Positions 11,542 through 26,560 are shown, counted from the first letter of the whole stretch. The stretch is DNA of 63,481 nucleotides, filler included, from Octopus bimaculoides (GCF_001194135.2; 4 parts of 3 records of this genome joined end to end with filler, not necessarily neighbours in it); one strand, 5' to 3'. The notes: generated by a model not told the origin, from the sequence alone. Numbers and translations are program-made.

Positions 11542-14500
11542 CTAGCTAAATGTAAAATATTGAATAAGTTGAGTTTGTCAGACACACTTAAACCAATACA
11601 GCATTTTATATTTGACTCAAGCCTCGATAGTTTTAAATATTTTAAATGTGTTAATTTTAAATGTGCTGGTGTATTTAATTATATTTTCTACACGTTAACA
11701 ACGCATCCTAATTAACATATTTCTCTGAAAATAACACTTCAAATCCTCTCCTCTTTCTTTCATCACGCTACACTTCCCATTTTCGTACAATGTGCCAAAT
11801 ATTCTTTCTTTTTCCTAGTGCAATTATTTCTTTGTCCTTGTGCAATTTTTCACAACGTCATTTTTCAAATATCAAACATATATAAATTCTCCTCGTCTTC
11901 ATTAATCTAAGTTTTTTCCTTTTTTTATCATAACATGCATTTCTACGTATTCGGGAAACCTTTTTTTTTTCTCATCACACCGGTTATTGAAAAGATAAAG
12001 CGATGTTTTCCGATGTAAATTAACCTTCAGCTAAAGTAAAAAAGAAAAACGCGTATTTAGGATACTCTACAGCGTTAAAAATTCACACTCAAAATGCAAT
12101 ATGGATGCTCTTTGATAAAAACGAGAAAGCACGAGAAAGAACGAAAGGGAAGTTGTAAAGAAAATATAGATTGATAAAAGAAGAAAAAAGAGAGAGAAAA
12201 GGAGATAAGACATGTAATTTGGATCCGAATAATTGAGTGAAAAGACACAGCACGCTATTCTAGCTTGTTCAATCATCGTATCTTCTGAGGCCTAAAACCA
12301 ATAGTAGCACGCATTTAAAACCTGTGTATGCTTGATTATATATATATATATATNNNNNNNNNNNNNNNNNNNNNNNNNNNNNNNNNNNNNNNNNNNNNNN
12401 NNNNNNNNNNNNNNNNNNNNNNNNNNNNNNNNNNNNNNNNNNNNNNNNNNNNNNNNNNNNNNNNNNNNNNNNNNNNNNNNNNNNNNNNNNNNNNNNNNNN
12501 NNNNNNNNNNNNNNNNNNNNNNNNNNNNNNNNNNNNNNNNNNNNNNNNNNNNNNNNNNNNNNNNNNNNNNNNNNNNNNNNNNNNNNNNNNNNNNNNNNNN
12601 NNNNNNNNNNNNNNNNNNNNNNNNNNNNNNNNNNNNNNNNNNNNNNNNNNNNNNNNNNNNNNNNNNNNNNNNNNNNNNNNNNNNNNNNNNNNNNNNNNNN
12701 NNNNNNNNNNNNNNNNNNNNNNNNNNNNNNNNNNNNNNNNNNNNNNNNNNNNNNNNNNNNNNNNNNNNNNNNNNNNNNNNNNNNNNNNNNNNNNNNNNNN
12801 NNNNNNNNNNNNNNNNNNNNNNNNNNNNNNNNNNNNNNNNNNNNNNNNNNNNNNNNNNNNNNNNNNNNNNNNNNNNNNNNNNNNNNNNNNNNNNNNNNNN
12901 NNNTATATATATATATATATATATATATGAATGCATATATATTATACATATTTGTGCGTGTGCATTTTTGTGTTTGTTTCCAGCCACTGATCAACCGGTG
13001 TTTCTATGATTAATTTCCTTTAATTTTGCAGCCCAGCAAAAATACCGATAGTTTAAATAGCATATTACAAATAGGTAGTGGTCATTTTGACTGACTAAAT
13101 TCTTCCGAGAGATGTCTCAGAACGGCCATAGTCCTCTAAGTATATACACTTATATGTAATTTATCCACACATCTCGTCTGTTATTTATTTACATAAATGT
13201 ATACATACAAATAAACATGCATAGATAGAAATGTTTCCTATGAATATGAGCGTGTGGTAAATAATAATTGCTTATACACTTTGAATATATACAATAGAAT
13301 TACCATTTAAAGAAGATCTTAGCAAAATTCTATTGGCAAAAAGAAACTGGTAAATAACATATGGATTGCGATAACATACGTCGTTGCAAGACAAGAAGGT
13401 GGGTGTCTACTATTACAGGTAGCAAGATTATCAAGAGAAATTCCATTGAACTTATTGGCTTAATTTGACGCCTTTAACCATTTTATAGACAGGGCAAAAT
13501 AGAAACCACTTGAGAAATTATATGAACGTGATGAAGAGCTACTTAAAAATAGAGTATCTTAAGTACTTAAATTGCAACGTAAATTAAATATGCCGACAAA
13601 CTACGTTCATTGGAAATATACTGCTCTCCTTAGCAAAATTAACCAACACAAATGTACAGTATATAACATTATCAATATCTCTCTAGCTCTTGTGCTTGAG
13701 GAAATTATCAAAAAAAGAAGTGCAACCACACGGAAGATGACAGCAATAACATGAAGATAGGATTGCTGCCATTTGAAAGACACGTGCTTACGGACGGAGA
13801 AGGAAAGATACAGTCAGCCAAAAGCAAAACCTATAGAAAAATGTCAAAACACTTTTTCTTCAAATCCACAAATCACTGAGTGAACGATTGAATATAAAAC
13901 GAGTTTTGGAAAAAACCACTCTGACTTGATGTTATCCATAATCAATCAAGTTACTAAAGAAAACCTATCAAAAGTTGAAGTTGATTGTTTTTGGACATCG
14001 ATACCTTATTGTAGTGTGCTGCAATTATCATTAACCAAAAGATGAGAGTAACAAAGATATTCCGAAATGATAGCACACAAAGAAAATGGATCACTCCTTT
14101 CTGAATGAAAATCGACAGACAGTGGAAAAAATTATCAGACAGTTGGAAACTATCATAAGATGCAAAGTAAATAATAAATTCAAGAACACTAGTTGCATCA
14201 TTATCATAAGCTATCCAAGATCTCCGGACGAGGGTCATTCCATGTAAATTTACAAACCTATATGCGAATTATGAAAGTAATTCGTAAAGCTTTATTATAT
14301 CAGAAAATTACAAGAACATTGACCTATTAATCGTAAGTTTGCATTAAACACACAAACTTTATATATTGCAGCTTAGAAGGCCATATTATAAAGGTTGTAA
14401 ATGCTCATCTCGACATGACCTGGATGCATTCTAAGTGAGATTTGGGAAGCAAATAGGCATAAGCATTTCAACCTCTGTGTAATATAGTTTAACGAGTTAC

Positions 14501-17500
14501 GGAGTGAGTACTCTGTAAATATCTCTTCTAAAATCTATATCTATATTAATGTAAGTTCACTGAGAGTACTATGTGCTCTAAGTTGTGCACTTGTGCATGC
14601 ACATGTGTTTGCAGCTAGGAAAGAAAGTCTTTCAATGTGAAATCAAATTTCTTCTTCACTGAAGAAATTTGAGCAACTATTATTCGCATGGATGCACACG
14701 TAGTTTTCAAATAAAAACAATATTTGCACACAATGAGTTCTCAAAGGTGAACACAACAGCATACTGAAAACAAGTGAAGAACGCCGAAAGGTATAGCTGT
14801 TCTGTACGACCCATCACTCAATGTAGCTAGACTAACCCATTCAAGCAAAACCTAGGAGAAACTCTCGTCATATCAGGAGAAAATTAGGTGTGAGTAAATA
14901 TCCGGCATGTTAGAGAATATATATGAAATCCATGAGTAACTTCTGGACATATGATAGATATGATATATGCCAAATAGAAGGCTACACGTTCATTAATCAT
15001 GTACAGGTAAGAGTCATTAAATATCTGAGGTGTAAAAGGAAGGAATTTGCCCCAACCCACCATTTATGAAGGAAAATTTCGATGGAGTCATAACATTGTG
15101 GAAGATATTCCTACATCATAATCAGCTGCACAACAATATCTGTAAGTAATACTTTCACATAATGCATAACATTTTGTTGCGCGAACTGTTTACAATACTA
15201 TCCGTAAGATTCTTCTGTCTGTAAGCCCGAACACACGTCAGAACCAGAATGTATCGACACTTTATAAACTAAAGAATACTGGTAAAATATACCATTAAAG
15301 TAGCAATTCGATGTAAAGAGAGTAATCCCAATATTGTGGTACGAGACAAGGATAAAAATCCATGTTTTGTTGTATACCTGTACAGCCAATGTGAATATCT
15401 CGTCTTGTGTATAAGAGAATACTTGTGATAGCCAAAAGGCAACGCCAAACAGCCCCCGTTTGTTGACTGTAGGTTGTCATACGTTCATATTATCAAAGGC
15501 GTACCGCGCTATATAACAAATTTACATAAAAGCTTGGAAATGCTGTTTATTTTTTTATAAAAGAACAAAGCAAACTGACTTTCACTCGCCAGTTATAATC
15601 TGTTAGTGGTACCGGTCACGGAAAGCTTAGCATAAACACTACTTCTTTCTCCAGACCTATAAAGTAATTAAGTAAATTACTGTTGCAAAATATTCCAAAG
15701 ATTTTCCTTTGCAGTTTCTCAAAGTTAACTTAAACACACATTAACATATATACATACATGTGCAAATGCATGCATACATATTTGTGCACCATTACTTGTG
15801 TCCATCTGTATCTATAAATAGACCCACATATATGCACACATTTATTCACTCATATATTTACAAATCTTTGAGACAATCTTAATTCTGTTTAAGATGTCTT
15901 GTCCTTTTTTTTTTTTTTTTTTTGGTGTCCGGCTTGAATTCTGCAATGAAGAAATTTAATTTCAAAGAAAACGTGCAAACATACATTCAGAAAGGCGAAA
16001 TCAGGTAAATTTTTCAGTTCGGAAAGCACTATCTCAAATTGAGCATAGCATAGCTTTAAATATTCGTCTTGGAATAATATCATTTTTCTCAGAGCAATTA
16101 GAGTCTTGAAAAAAGCTAACAATGCTTTAAAAAGTATAGTTAATTTTTAAGGGACCAATTCATTAGACCCCATTTTAAGATTCTATCACACAGTAATTCG
16201 TCGTAAACGGACACCAAAATGAAGTGCCTACGTGGTCAAATAACTGGTTAGCAATAACAACAAAAATTTCCCTCAAATAATACCCTGTACATTTGGTCAC
16301 TGATATACAAGAATGGAGATGGTCATGGGAGAGCGCCTTTGATTATACACCTGTCCGATAATGGTGAATATGCCGCAGAACAACTTCATACTGCTTTTTC
16401 AACATACCTTACAAAAAACCAAAAATATTTGGTAATCACTAAAAATTTTATTTTTAGATATTTTTTGCTTTCACTCTTGTGCTGATAATACAATTCTGAT
16501 CAATGATCCCTAACATTTTATGATCTCAGAATAATGCCCCAACATGTCAATGTATTGTTTCCTGAGCTTACCAAGACAACATTATTCATGCTAACGGCGC
16601 CTTTAGATTTTTAAGCAAGTCTGTTTTCTTACACCATCAAACAAATTAAGGAGTCCTAGACGGCTACAAATACCAGCATGATCACTGCCAAATGTATCAT
16701 ACTGTTATAAAATTTTCAGAGTTTATTTGATGATGTGATCTATGGAATTCAAAAAGGCGTAATGGTCGAAGCTGCACGCATTTCATTACAGACCTGATCG
16801 ATCAAAACTAACTTCGGTGTAAAAACTATAACATTTTACATTCGTTTACATTTGCTTAAAGATTTATCTGTCAGTTCTGCCAATATCTGAAAGCCTATTA
16901 AAACAGATGAGGTCAGACTGACACTGAAACATGTTTAGAATTGTTTTCTATAATAAAATGAAAAATATATTAATTTTTGATTAATATAGGTTTCTCGATC
17001 ACCACAAAATTATTTGAAACTCTATTTTTCAAAATTAGTTGAAACTATTTTTGTTATTAACGTACTTAACATGTAGTTCACGTTTTTAAACTAGTATAAA
17101 AAAGGAAGCAGAGAGATAAAGGTCTTATTTGTTGTAAATCAAAAACAAAGCAGTTTCGGTATGCTGTGAGCGGCTCACTAACCTTCGGATGAATATTGCA
17201 TGAGAATTTTACAATTTTTAATTGGATTAGTCTGGAAGAAGGGGTTGTACAAATGGCCTTTGCAGACCCTCTGAGATTTGAGAAAATGTGTAGTTTACAC
17301 CAGAATTTACACCGTACGACAGCCAAATACGTCGATCAATAAAACAATAAAACGCTTCATATCACAAGTCATCTTCTTCTGACAATATGAAATCAGAAAA
17401 CGTATGTTCTATGCCGAAAAACAAAAATAATATTAGCAACAGCAACAACAAAAAGAAAAGAAAAAAAGATGAAAATAAATTCCAGTAAAAAAAGTCTTCT

Positions 17501-18349
17501 TTTTCTGTCTAGTTATGATAAGCTTTGATCTAATCCATTCTTCGAATAACTAATTAAATACAGGCCAATCGATACTGACCCATCACAAAACAAAATAAAA
17601 GAAAAAGACAGGAGAGTTTTGTGTACACATATCTATACAACACACACATACACACGCAGCACACATGCACTCACACACTTTCACAGAGAGAGAGAGACAC
17701 ACACACACACACAAATAAACATTAGTTCTAGCGTATGCTAAATGTCTGCGTGTGTATTGAAATTACGTGAGTATATATTTTTTTTATTTTTGTTATTGTT
17801 TATTATTTATTGTCTGAGTGTTTATATGTTATATAAAACATCAATGCTGGAGCGGCAATGAAATGAGAATCAACACCAATTTGCGCCGTTTCTTTCCACA
17901 TTACGAGAGGAAAAGATCAATGCTGGGGGTAAACAAAATAGAACCGAAACACAAACTTGTGAATGGTGCTAATGAAGTAACGTCCAGACGTTATGTTTTG
18001 GGCTGAGTTGACAAAAAAAATTGATAACAAGAGGCTAGAATGTGTATGTCAGTGATTTGAAGTCAGTCATCCCAATAGACATTTTCTGGATTCGGTCTAG
18101 GTTGTGTGTGTGCATAGAATTTATACAACCCCAGATGTGGGTTCAATACTTTATGTTATGGTTCTCACATTAGCTTCGTAGAGTATAAAAAACGATCAAA
18201 GTTCCGTCTCGAGTCATTGGCTCACAAGGCCGGTTTTATGTATTATGTGACAAATATATTCCCCCATATATAGGACGTTGTAGCTGCTATATATTTTTAC
18301 ACGCACACATATATGCATATATATGTTTAAGTGTTTGCATATATATGAG

Positions 18350-18520
18350 GACGCATGGCCTAGTGGTTAGAGTGTTGCACTCACAATCGTGAGATTGTGG
18401 TTTCAATTCCTAGACAAGTGGAGCAAAACACTTCATCTTACGTTGCTCTGCGATCACTTCCGCACCTAACGTCGATTTTTGCAAGTCGTTTGGTAAAAGC
18501 TGAACACCCATACTTCGTCT
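18350..18520 (+). mobile_element. tRNA-derived SINE family D (tggcctagtggttag head)
   Basis: A-box-like tggcctagtggttag and B-box-like ggtttcaattcc. Related copies at ~21707-21995 (-), 36760-37015 (-), 48800-49040, 50108-50330 and 60025-60087. Confidence 0.7.
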
Positions 18521-18544
18521 TCGAGGAGAAAGTTCATTACACAC

Positions 18545-18576
<32 letters not shown>

Positions 18577-18974
18577 ATTTTCAATGTGTACGAATAACAA
18601 GGAAAAATAAATAAATAGCTACCAGGGTAGCAAAAATTCACATAAGTTACAAGGATGTTACAGCTTATAAAAGTAGAAATTCTAGGGCTAAGTGAAATGT
18701 CTTTATATAACATGGATAAATTAAGAAATGCTATCAAACGCAGGCGTTATTCAAATCATTTATACTTCCAACATATGTTTTGAGATTTAGGATAGGTTTT
18801 TCAAACACCAAAAACATTTCAAATCATTTCTTTAGATAACCATAAGTTATTAAATTCAAATCTACTTAATGAAAATAATAAGTGATATTATTAACGCTAA
18901 CCATACTTTGAACAATAATAACAACAATATTAATATTTCTGATATAAAGTCGAACTGAATTCGTTTCCTTAGCA

Positions 18975-19270
18975 GTGATTCTAAGACTCTCGAAAATTAC
19001 TTCCGGTCTTAATGTCCTTTTATATATCGGTAGCTCTTCCTTTCAGTTGTCGAAAAGAATATCTAACCATTATTCTATACTTACACATATGAATAAACGC
19101 AACAATACTGGACTTAGTAAATTAATTTGGTCTCTAAAGGAACATAATAAACAATACGTTTTGGAATGGAAAATTCTATCTAGATCCCTCCCATTTGGCA
19201 AAGGTAAATCTTTTTGTCCGCTCTGTAACGAAGAGCTACTTTTCATCTTTTTCATCCTTAAAGAACGCGT
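18975..19270 (+). mobile_element. GIY-YIG endonuclease remnant of a second Penelope-like lineage
   Basis: LYIGSSSFQLSKRISNH...TGLSKLIWSLKE...EWKIL...CPLCNEELLFI matches the PLE endonuclease pattern YIG..F..R..NH...LSK.IW.LK...C.LC..E..I. Confidence 0.75.
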
Positions 19271-19859
19271 TTACCGTTGTAAACATTGGCAAAAACATAC
19301 CTTTACTTCCTATAAGTAATTTCTACCAATCTATAAAATTCGACCTTTAACTGTCTTCTTACATTTCATTTCCACTACATATATCTATTTCCACGCTTTT
19401 AAACTTTATTCCCATTCATTTATCACATTACATTTTTCCACTATTAATTTTTCTGTTAATTTCTTTCTTTCTCCTCCTCTTTCCCTAATTTACCTTTTAC
19501 GTTAAATCTATTAACGTTTAAAAAAAAAAACTTGATAGCGTTCTCCTTACATCATATACTTATGTACGCGGTAATCACATTCGGCTAAAATGGCTTATTG
19601 ATGTGTTTTGTTTCTTTTTCCCTGGCGAGATGATTGCATTGTCTTACATCATTTTTATCCCCTCCGGAATAATCTCAATCCTTTTTTCGAACATATGTTG
19701 GGAGTATAAATGATTTGAATAACATCTGCGTTTGACGCCATTTCTTAACTTCTTAACTTAACCATATATATATATGATGGACTCCCCCCTCTAAGACAAA
19801 GTATGAGTGTTACCGGCTTAGGGTAAAAAGGGTAAATATATATACATATGAAAAGTAGA

Positions 19860-20335
19860 ATGAACAGATGATAACTTATATCAGAAGATATAACGATATT
19901 CTGGGTTTAGTACCCACTACTTTTCATATGAATAATCTAGACATGCACATATATATTTAAATGCTAAACTTCTGAAAAGTTTTACAGATTTTTACAGTTC
20001 CAGTGATGGATTGGATCTGAAGTCTTCGAATTAGCTTTCTTCTTTCCGGTTTTGAGAAGCCTAATTTATCAAGATTGGTATTAAGGTAGTGCGTTACATA
20101 TCCCAGTATCCGAATAATTACAAGTATAAACCTGAACCTGGAATCTGGATAGAGTAACTGCAGATTTCTCATTAGTTCAGTGAAAGTATTCTCTTTTTCA
20201 CTGGTCTTCAGCTTTATTTTAACATCCGCTGAGAAGCTAATTTCCACAACTGCACACAGTTTCTCTTCTCTATCCCAAATCATTATATCAAGTCTGTTGT
20301 GCTTACATTTTATTGAGGTCTTCACTGAGACATTC
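19860..20335 (-). mobile_element. 3' end of an RLE-type non-LTR retrotransposon (ORF C-terminus plus 3' UTR)
   Basis: ORF 19957-20325: KHNRLDIMIWDREEKLCAVVEIS...EKEN...LQLLYP...GTVKICKTF, containing an NRPDI-type endonuclease motif. Confidence 0.8.
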
Positions 20336-22008
20336 CACCAGTATTCCTTTTTATGAGTGGCAATGGCTATGTATGTATGTATGTATGTATGTATGTATAT
20401 ATGTGTGTGTGTGTGTGTGTCTTATATGTGTGTATGTACGTGTATGATGGATATATGCCCTATAGGATATACATTAACAGAGTGTGCACTACTCTCAATC
20501 TAGAATATGATTAAAAAGCTTTTAACTACAGATCTCAAATATTAAAGTATATAATCCATTGAAATACAAAACAAAACCTCAATCTAAATTCACGAAAAAT
20601 ACTTTATAAAAAATTTCATCAAATAGATTTCTTTGCATTCATCATAGTATTCGTTGAAGCCTTTTCTATAGTAATTCACTTTACCTATAGATATGTTCCA
20701 TAGAAACTTCCTTTTAGGTGTATTTATATAGATTATAAATAAATATATACATGTATGTGTGAGTGTGTGCGTGTGTGTCTGTGTGCGTGTTTATGTATGC
20801 ATGCATATATGTATGTTTGAACGTATGCGTGTGTGTGTATGTATGCATAAAAAATTCAAAGTCGCAGAATTATTACAATGGAGTTGTTGGAAAGAAAGGT
20901 ATAATATAAATAAGGGAGTAAAAAGTTGAGCATAAAGTCCCTTAAAATTGTTTCGAAAAGAACGATACAAATGATGCATATTTCAGCAAACGTCTTTAGA
21001 GGGGAATAATTAAGGAACATCCATTATCACAACTATATACATTACCGACAGAAGCAGTATTAATATCGAGAAATAATATTTAACCCCTCTTGAAGGGGGA
21101 TGTTCTGTTACAACAAATTTTATTGCGGAAAATACTATGACAGAAACTCTCATATGAGCTTTTGGTGCAAAATGCACGCTTGTTTATATTACTAGCGGGA
21201 AGATAAATCCCACCGACTATATATATATATATTTATATATATATATATTCAAGAAGGTCACTGGCTAAATGGAATACCAGTGCCTGCTTTGAAACTGATC
21301 TTCTACATATTGCTGGAGGAGAGGTGAGTCGCTGCAATCTCTAGCAGTCGAGCGTCCGTCATCGATGACATCAAGGAAGATCGAAATCACGAGATCTGGT
21401 GGTCTTGGTGCTGAAGTTGGTGGGATTTATCTCCACGCTAACGATATGAACACGCAAGAATTTTGCACCAAAGGCCTATAGGAGAGTTTCTCGTGATATC
21501 TACCGCAGTAAATTTTGTTCTAATAGAACATCCATGTTTAAGTGAGAAGAAATATAACCCATATTCCATAATTCTTCCTTCCTCTCTAACGACAGATAGT
21601 TAGCTTTTATATGGAAATCTTTGTTCGCTGAGATATTCACTATTTACGCAGCTATTCTAGAAACAGCTTTGAAGGACATTATATATATATGTGTATGTAT
21701 ATATAAATGGGTAAAGACTCCCTTCGGTCACCAAAAACCATGAGATTACACCTAGAAAGTTCTCCTCCCGAGACACAAGTCCGGGGAGGGTTGTTTGTGG
21801 AAGATCAACAGTCACCCATGCATACCAGTCCAGTCTTCCCTCTCCATACCACTGATATTGTAACCAACTTGGTACCAGTGACGTCTCGACTCATTTCTAC
21901 AGCTGAATGAACTGGAGGAACGTGAATAAAGAACACAACACATAGCCCGAACTCACAACCACACGCTTGTAAGCCCGACGACCAAACCCCTGAGCCATGT
22001 GTCTTCAC

Positions 22009-22051
<43 letters not shown>

Positions 22052-22168
22052 ACTTGGGGATGGTCATATTGCCAGTTTAGCCAATAAAAACACACGCACT
22101 GTATATTTGGTGTTAATTTGCTTCAGCTTTATATTACATTAATCGTAATCTTATTTCGGCCAGAGTTC

Positions 22169-22200
<32 letters not shown>

Positions 22201-23393
22201 CGCACACAAACATACACGCATACATATAAGTATACATGTATATATATGTATGTATATGCATTTGTACACTTATATTACGTTTAATCATTCTTTTAGTCAT
22301 ATTTCCTTTTACATTTATATTTAGTTTGCAACAATTGTGCTTCTAAATGTATTAGTCCTTTAACATTTCAAAACTTTCACGAAATTATCATAAAATAAAA
22401 TTATGGCAATATGCTTTGCAGCAGGTCACAAAGAATCATAGAATTACAGTTACAAATGATGAGATCAATGCCAGATGTAACAATTACAAAACAGTAAATA
22501 CTTGGCTGATGTTATTATTTTACTTGAGTCGTAGTATCAATAGCGATGTTTCTCGGAATACTTGAAACATCTTACGAGTCAGCCACATAATCCTGATTAT
22601 TTAATTTGAATAACTACATTGGTTCTTAGAACAAAGCACTTTCGTTTGCTTCAGTGAAGTGACAAATAGCTGAACCACAGGTTTGAGATTCTTTTACAAC
22701 AGGCGTTATGGATAAAGTTATCGTCATATTATTAATACCCATCAGAAAGAGAAGACGATTTACTCAAACATCAGTTGTTGATTCTTTCATTTCAAAAGAC
22801 ACACGACTTAATCACCGAGCTTATATAGAATAGATTTCGAATTCATACCCATTGTACTTACGAGTTATATTAAAAAACAATGTTTTTTTTCTTTTGAAAT
22901 ATCATTAACTAATGTTTGTTATTAAACAAACTATTACTTATGCAATAGCACGCAAAATGCTTTGAGAAGGAAAAGTAGACCACGCCACAGGAAAACAGAC
23001 AAATGTTAACAGCAAGAATTTTCTATAATTTATCAACAGAGGGCGGGGTACCTGCTGTGTGCAGAAATGCAAGTAGACAGCGATTTCCGTGTCTGTTCAA
23101 GAAACTCAGATGAAAAAATATTTTAATGTATGATATACATCCGAACCAAAGTTACATTCCATATGCTGTATTCTATCCAAATGGTGAAACTTGCTGTCCA
23201 CATGATTTGGAAGTTGCTGAAAGAAAAATAAGAGATAAAGCTGAAATGTGTTTACACTATGGCAAGAAAAAGAATGGCAAACTGCAGCAAGATATTAATT
23301 TAATCCTACTATGAATAGTGGTAGTTTCTATCCATAGAGGCAGTGTGAAGCCATTTGCAGCTAATCATTATAGGCCACACCACACACATACAT

Positions 23394-23468
<75 letters not shown>

Positions 23469-23559
23469 NNNNNNNNNNNNNNNNNNNNNNNNNNNNNNNN
23501 NNNNNNNNNNNNNNNNNNNNNNNNNNNNNNNNNNNNNNNNNNNNNNNNNNNNNNNNNNN

Positions 23560-23595
<36 letters not shown>

Positions 23596-24039
23596 TACGG
23601 AGATGTACTTGCAAGTAACTTGATCTGATATCGTGTGCTGAAACAAAAACAATTGTAACGTGGAAGATATTTGCAAGTCATTCAAGAACACACAAAAACC
23701 GTTAATTTCAGTTCAACATTTAATTTTCATTTGTCTCAAAATATTTTCGTCGCTTTTGAACCGCGACCTGTTCACTGACAAAACTATAAAATATATATAT
23801 ATATATTTAAAGCGAGAGACAAAGAGAAAATATAAGCTTATATATTGTTTTATTTTATTTTATTTTATTTGTTTCCGTCATTAGACAGCGACCATGCTGA
23901 GACAGCGCCTTGAAGGATTTAGCCGAATGAATCGAGCCCAGTACTTATTTTTAAGCCTGGTACTTATTCTCTTGCTCTCTTTTTGCCGAAATGCTAAGTT
24001 ACCAAACTAAAACCAATTGTCATGTTGGTGGGAGGGACC

Positions 24040-24055
24040 AAGCATAAAGACAAAG

Positions 24056-24091
<36 letters not shown>

Positions 24092-24365
24092 ATATATGTA
24101 ATGATAGATATGTACATACATAATGTATAGATAGATAGATAGATAGATAGACTGACAGGCATACATACATACATACAGACAGACAAACAGACAGATAGAC
24201 AGACATACAAAGATTGATGAGTTTCTTCCAGTTTCTGTTTGCCAAATCTACTCACAAAGCTTTGGTCGGGCCGAGTCTACAGTAAAAGACATTTACCCAA
24301 GGTTCATGCAGTGGAATTGAACCTGAAACCATATGATTGGGTAGGAAACTTCTTACTACACACCC
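24040..24365 (-). mobile_element. tRNA-derived SINE family B copy
   Basis: aagctttggtcgggccg...aagacatttacccaagg...ggaattgaacctgaaaccatatgattggg, the reverse complement of the family at 35481. Confidence 0.75.
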
Positions 24366-24439
24366 ACATTTATATACTATGTATGTGTGTATGTTTGTGT
24401 ATCTGTATTGCTGTTCATGTGTATGTGAGTTCTATACTT

Positions 24440-26560
24440 GTATGTTTTCAACCAAGGAACCTGAAATGGAGAATTTTTGGAAAGCTTTACAAGTTTTTCC
24501 TTGTACCGCTAATCGATTACATTTGTTGAATGCAAAACAGTTTGCATTGTTATCTTTAGAAGAATCACAGCATTTGAAGGCTTCTATGCGAATATGTCGT
24601 TGTGTAGCCCCGGTAAAAACGAAAATCAATTCCCCGGATATAAGAGCAATAGGTTTCTCATTAGTTCTTCAAAGATTTTCTCCTTTTCCCCAATATTTAA
24701 CAAGACATTCACATCTATTGGGTAACTGATCTCCACAACAGTGAAATACTTTTGCTTCCTATCACATAGAACAATACCTGGTTCAATGTATTTACACCGC
24801 GTGATTGTCCTTTGAGGGGATATTCTACCAGTATTTTTTTAATACACTCTTGTTCTAGAGTGCATTAAATAAAACCAGTAAAAGAATCCTTTCTGTGTAA
24901 AGTATTGTAGACAGCTTTATCGACTATGTTCTACCTCATGGGAACATAGTACATTGCCTACATTTTGGGACAACAGCTGATAGTATGAGAAATATCTTCA
25001 AAATTGGTTTGACACAATATGGACATTTTCTCTCACAAGTATAGGTCTAGAAGCAACGTTTTTTCTCTTGTTGATTAGATATCTAATAGCTATTTTCTGA
25101 TCCTGTGTGGCAAAGTTGTATTCTCCTGGGTGAGATATGATGCATTTATTCCAGAGCCACAAGAATATACTATTCAAATCAATGTTGATAGTACTTTCTA
25201 GCTTGCAGGTTATTAGTCACATATAATTTTCTGTTAGCATGATGAGTATTTCTCTTCGAAGTCTCTGCATGATTAGTCCAACCACTTGTTCAGCACCTCT
25301 TCAGGAGTTCTTTGTTTACTTTCATGATGTTATTCCATCTAAATCGCTACTGCCGATATTATATGTCGTTGGAGAACTCTTTGCACAGTAAGTACTCTGA
25401 ACCTCATTTAACTACATTGCATCATATTTATATCATTTACATTCTACACTTCACCTTCAAAATAACCGGCATCGTTCAGAGAAGGGACATTTATGACCTT
25501 GAAGATATAACCCTTCACCCTGTGATATACAGCTTGTGCTTAATGCAAACTTGTGATTAGGTCGTATGTTCTACTAAGTTCTTACAATAAAGAAGTTTTA
25601 ATTCTCCCCTCACTTACGCATTTATTCTCGACACTTCTAATAGAACTTAATCTCTCGTAAAGTCGTTGCTGCAAGTTTGCGAATTTATTATTCCCTTTGT
25701 CCTCGGTGATAATATCTATTTGTTCAAAAGTTTTTCGGAGTCTACTAACATTTATCAGGAGAGAAGTCATCCGTTTTGCTTGGGTCTTTTCTTTACGATC
25801 GATCTCCTGTTAATCATTTGTATTGGTGAATTGTAACAGCAGCACAGTATAGTAGGACATCCAATGTCCAAAAGCTGTAATTTTCGATCTGAGCTCGATA
25901 TGCGTGAGCAAATTAGTCGATGACGGATAATCAAGTTGGTAGGTTTTCTATCGATTCGTGTCATAATTATTCTGTCATGTAATTATTTATTAATATAAAT
26001 GATGAAGCTTTGTTTTGAATATTGCTGTTAACTGTGATTTGAGATGTTTATATTTTTCACACATTTCTGTTTGTTCATAAGCAACTACAACTCATTAGTA
26101 TGACTGACGGTGGCATGCCCAACTCACTGATACTGTTCTGCTTACAGTGTCTGAGGTTACGAATCCACTGGTCTGTTAAGGCTTTTATTTCCTGTGCGAT
26201 GTTGATGGGCTCATTAAAGTTGACTTATCGTAGGTCTATAGCACCGAAATACAAATAGCGGAGACATTCAGATCTCTGTAACTTTTCATCATTTTCCTGT
26301 CGTTTATCTAGGGATCAACCCTCACTTTTCAATAGCACTGATGCCTTGATTCAGTTCAAATGTCCAATGAAATTTCCCTTCATAACTCCACAACCAGCGA
26401 TAGCTGACCCTGTCACTTTCTTTCTGTCTAGCTATGGTACATGTGAGAGTACTTCCATGAGTTTCAATTTCACTTCATTTTCATTGACTGAAAAATTTTT
26501 ACAGTCTTCTCTTAAAAGGGTGGGGTATATTGGCACTTATCTGAAGAAGATAAACAATGT
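24440..26560 (-). mobile_element. Highly degenerate RTE-like LINE (APE endonuclease plus RT remnants)
   Basis: Fragmentary minus-strand peptides GSAIAGCGV and LDIGCPTILCCCYNSPI (cf. APE GNPKTTIISCYSPT) and KKILVEYPL; many stops and frameshifts. Confidence 0.4.

Noticed and set aside
18350-18420. tRNA-like sequences with A and B boxes (also 35481, 50108, 60025)
   Set aside because: They continue into shared SINE bodies and lack a complete cloverleaf: SINE heads, not tRNA genes.
23041-23314. Cys-containing ORF (MYDIHPNQSYIPYAVFYPNGETCCPHD...)
   Set aside because: Interrupted by stops upstream and no recognisable family; possibly a decayed transposon, but I cannot support a call.
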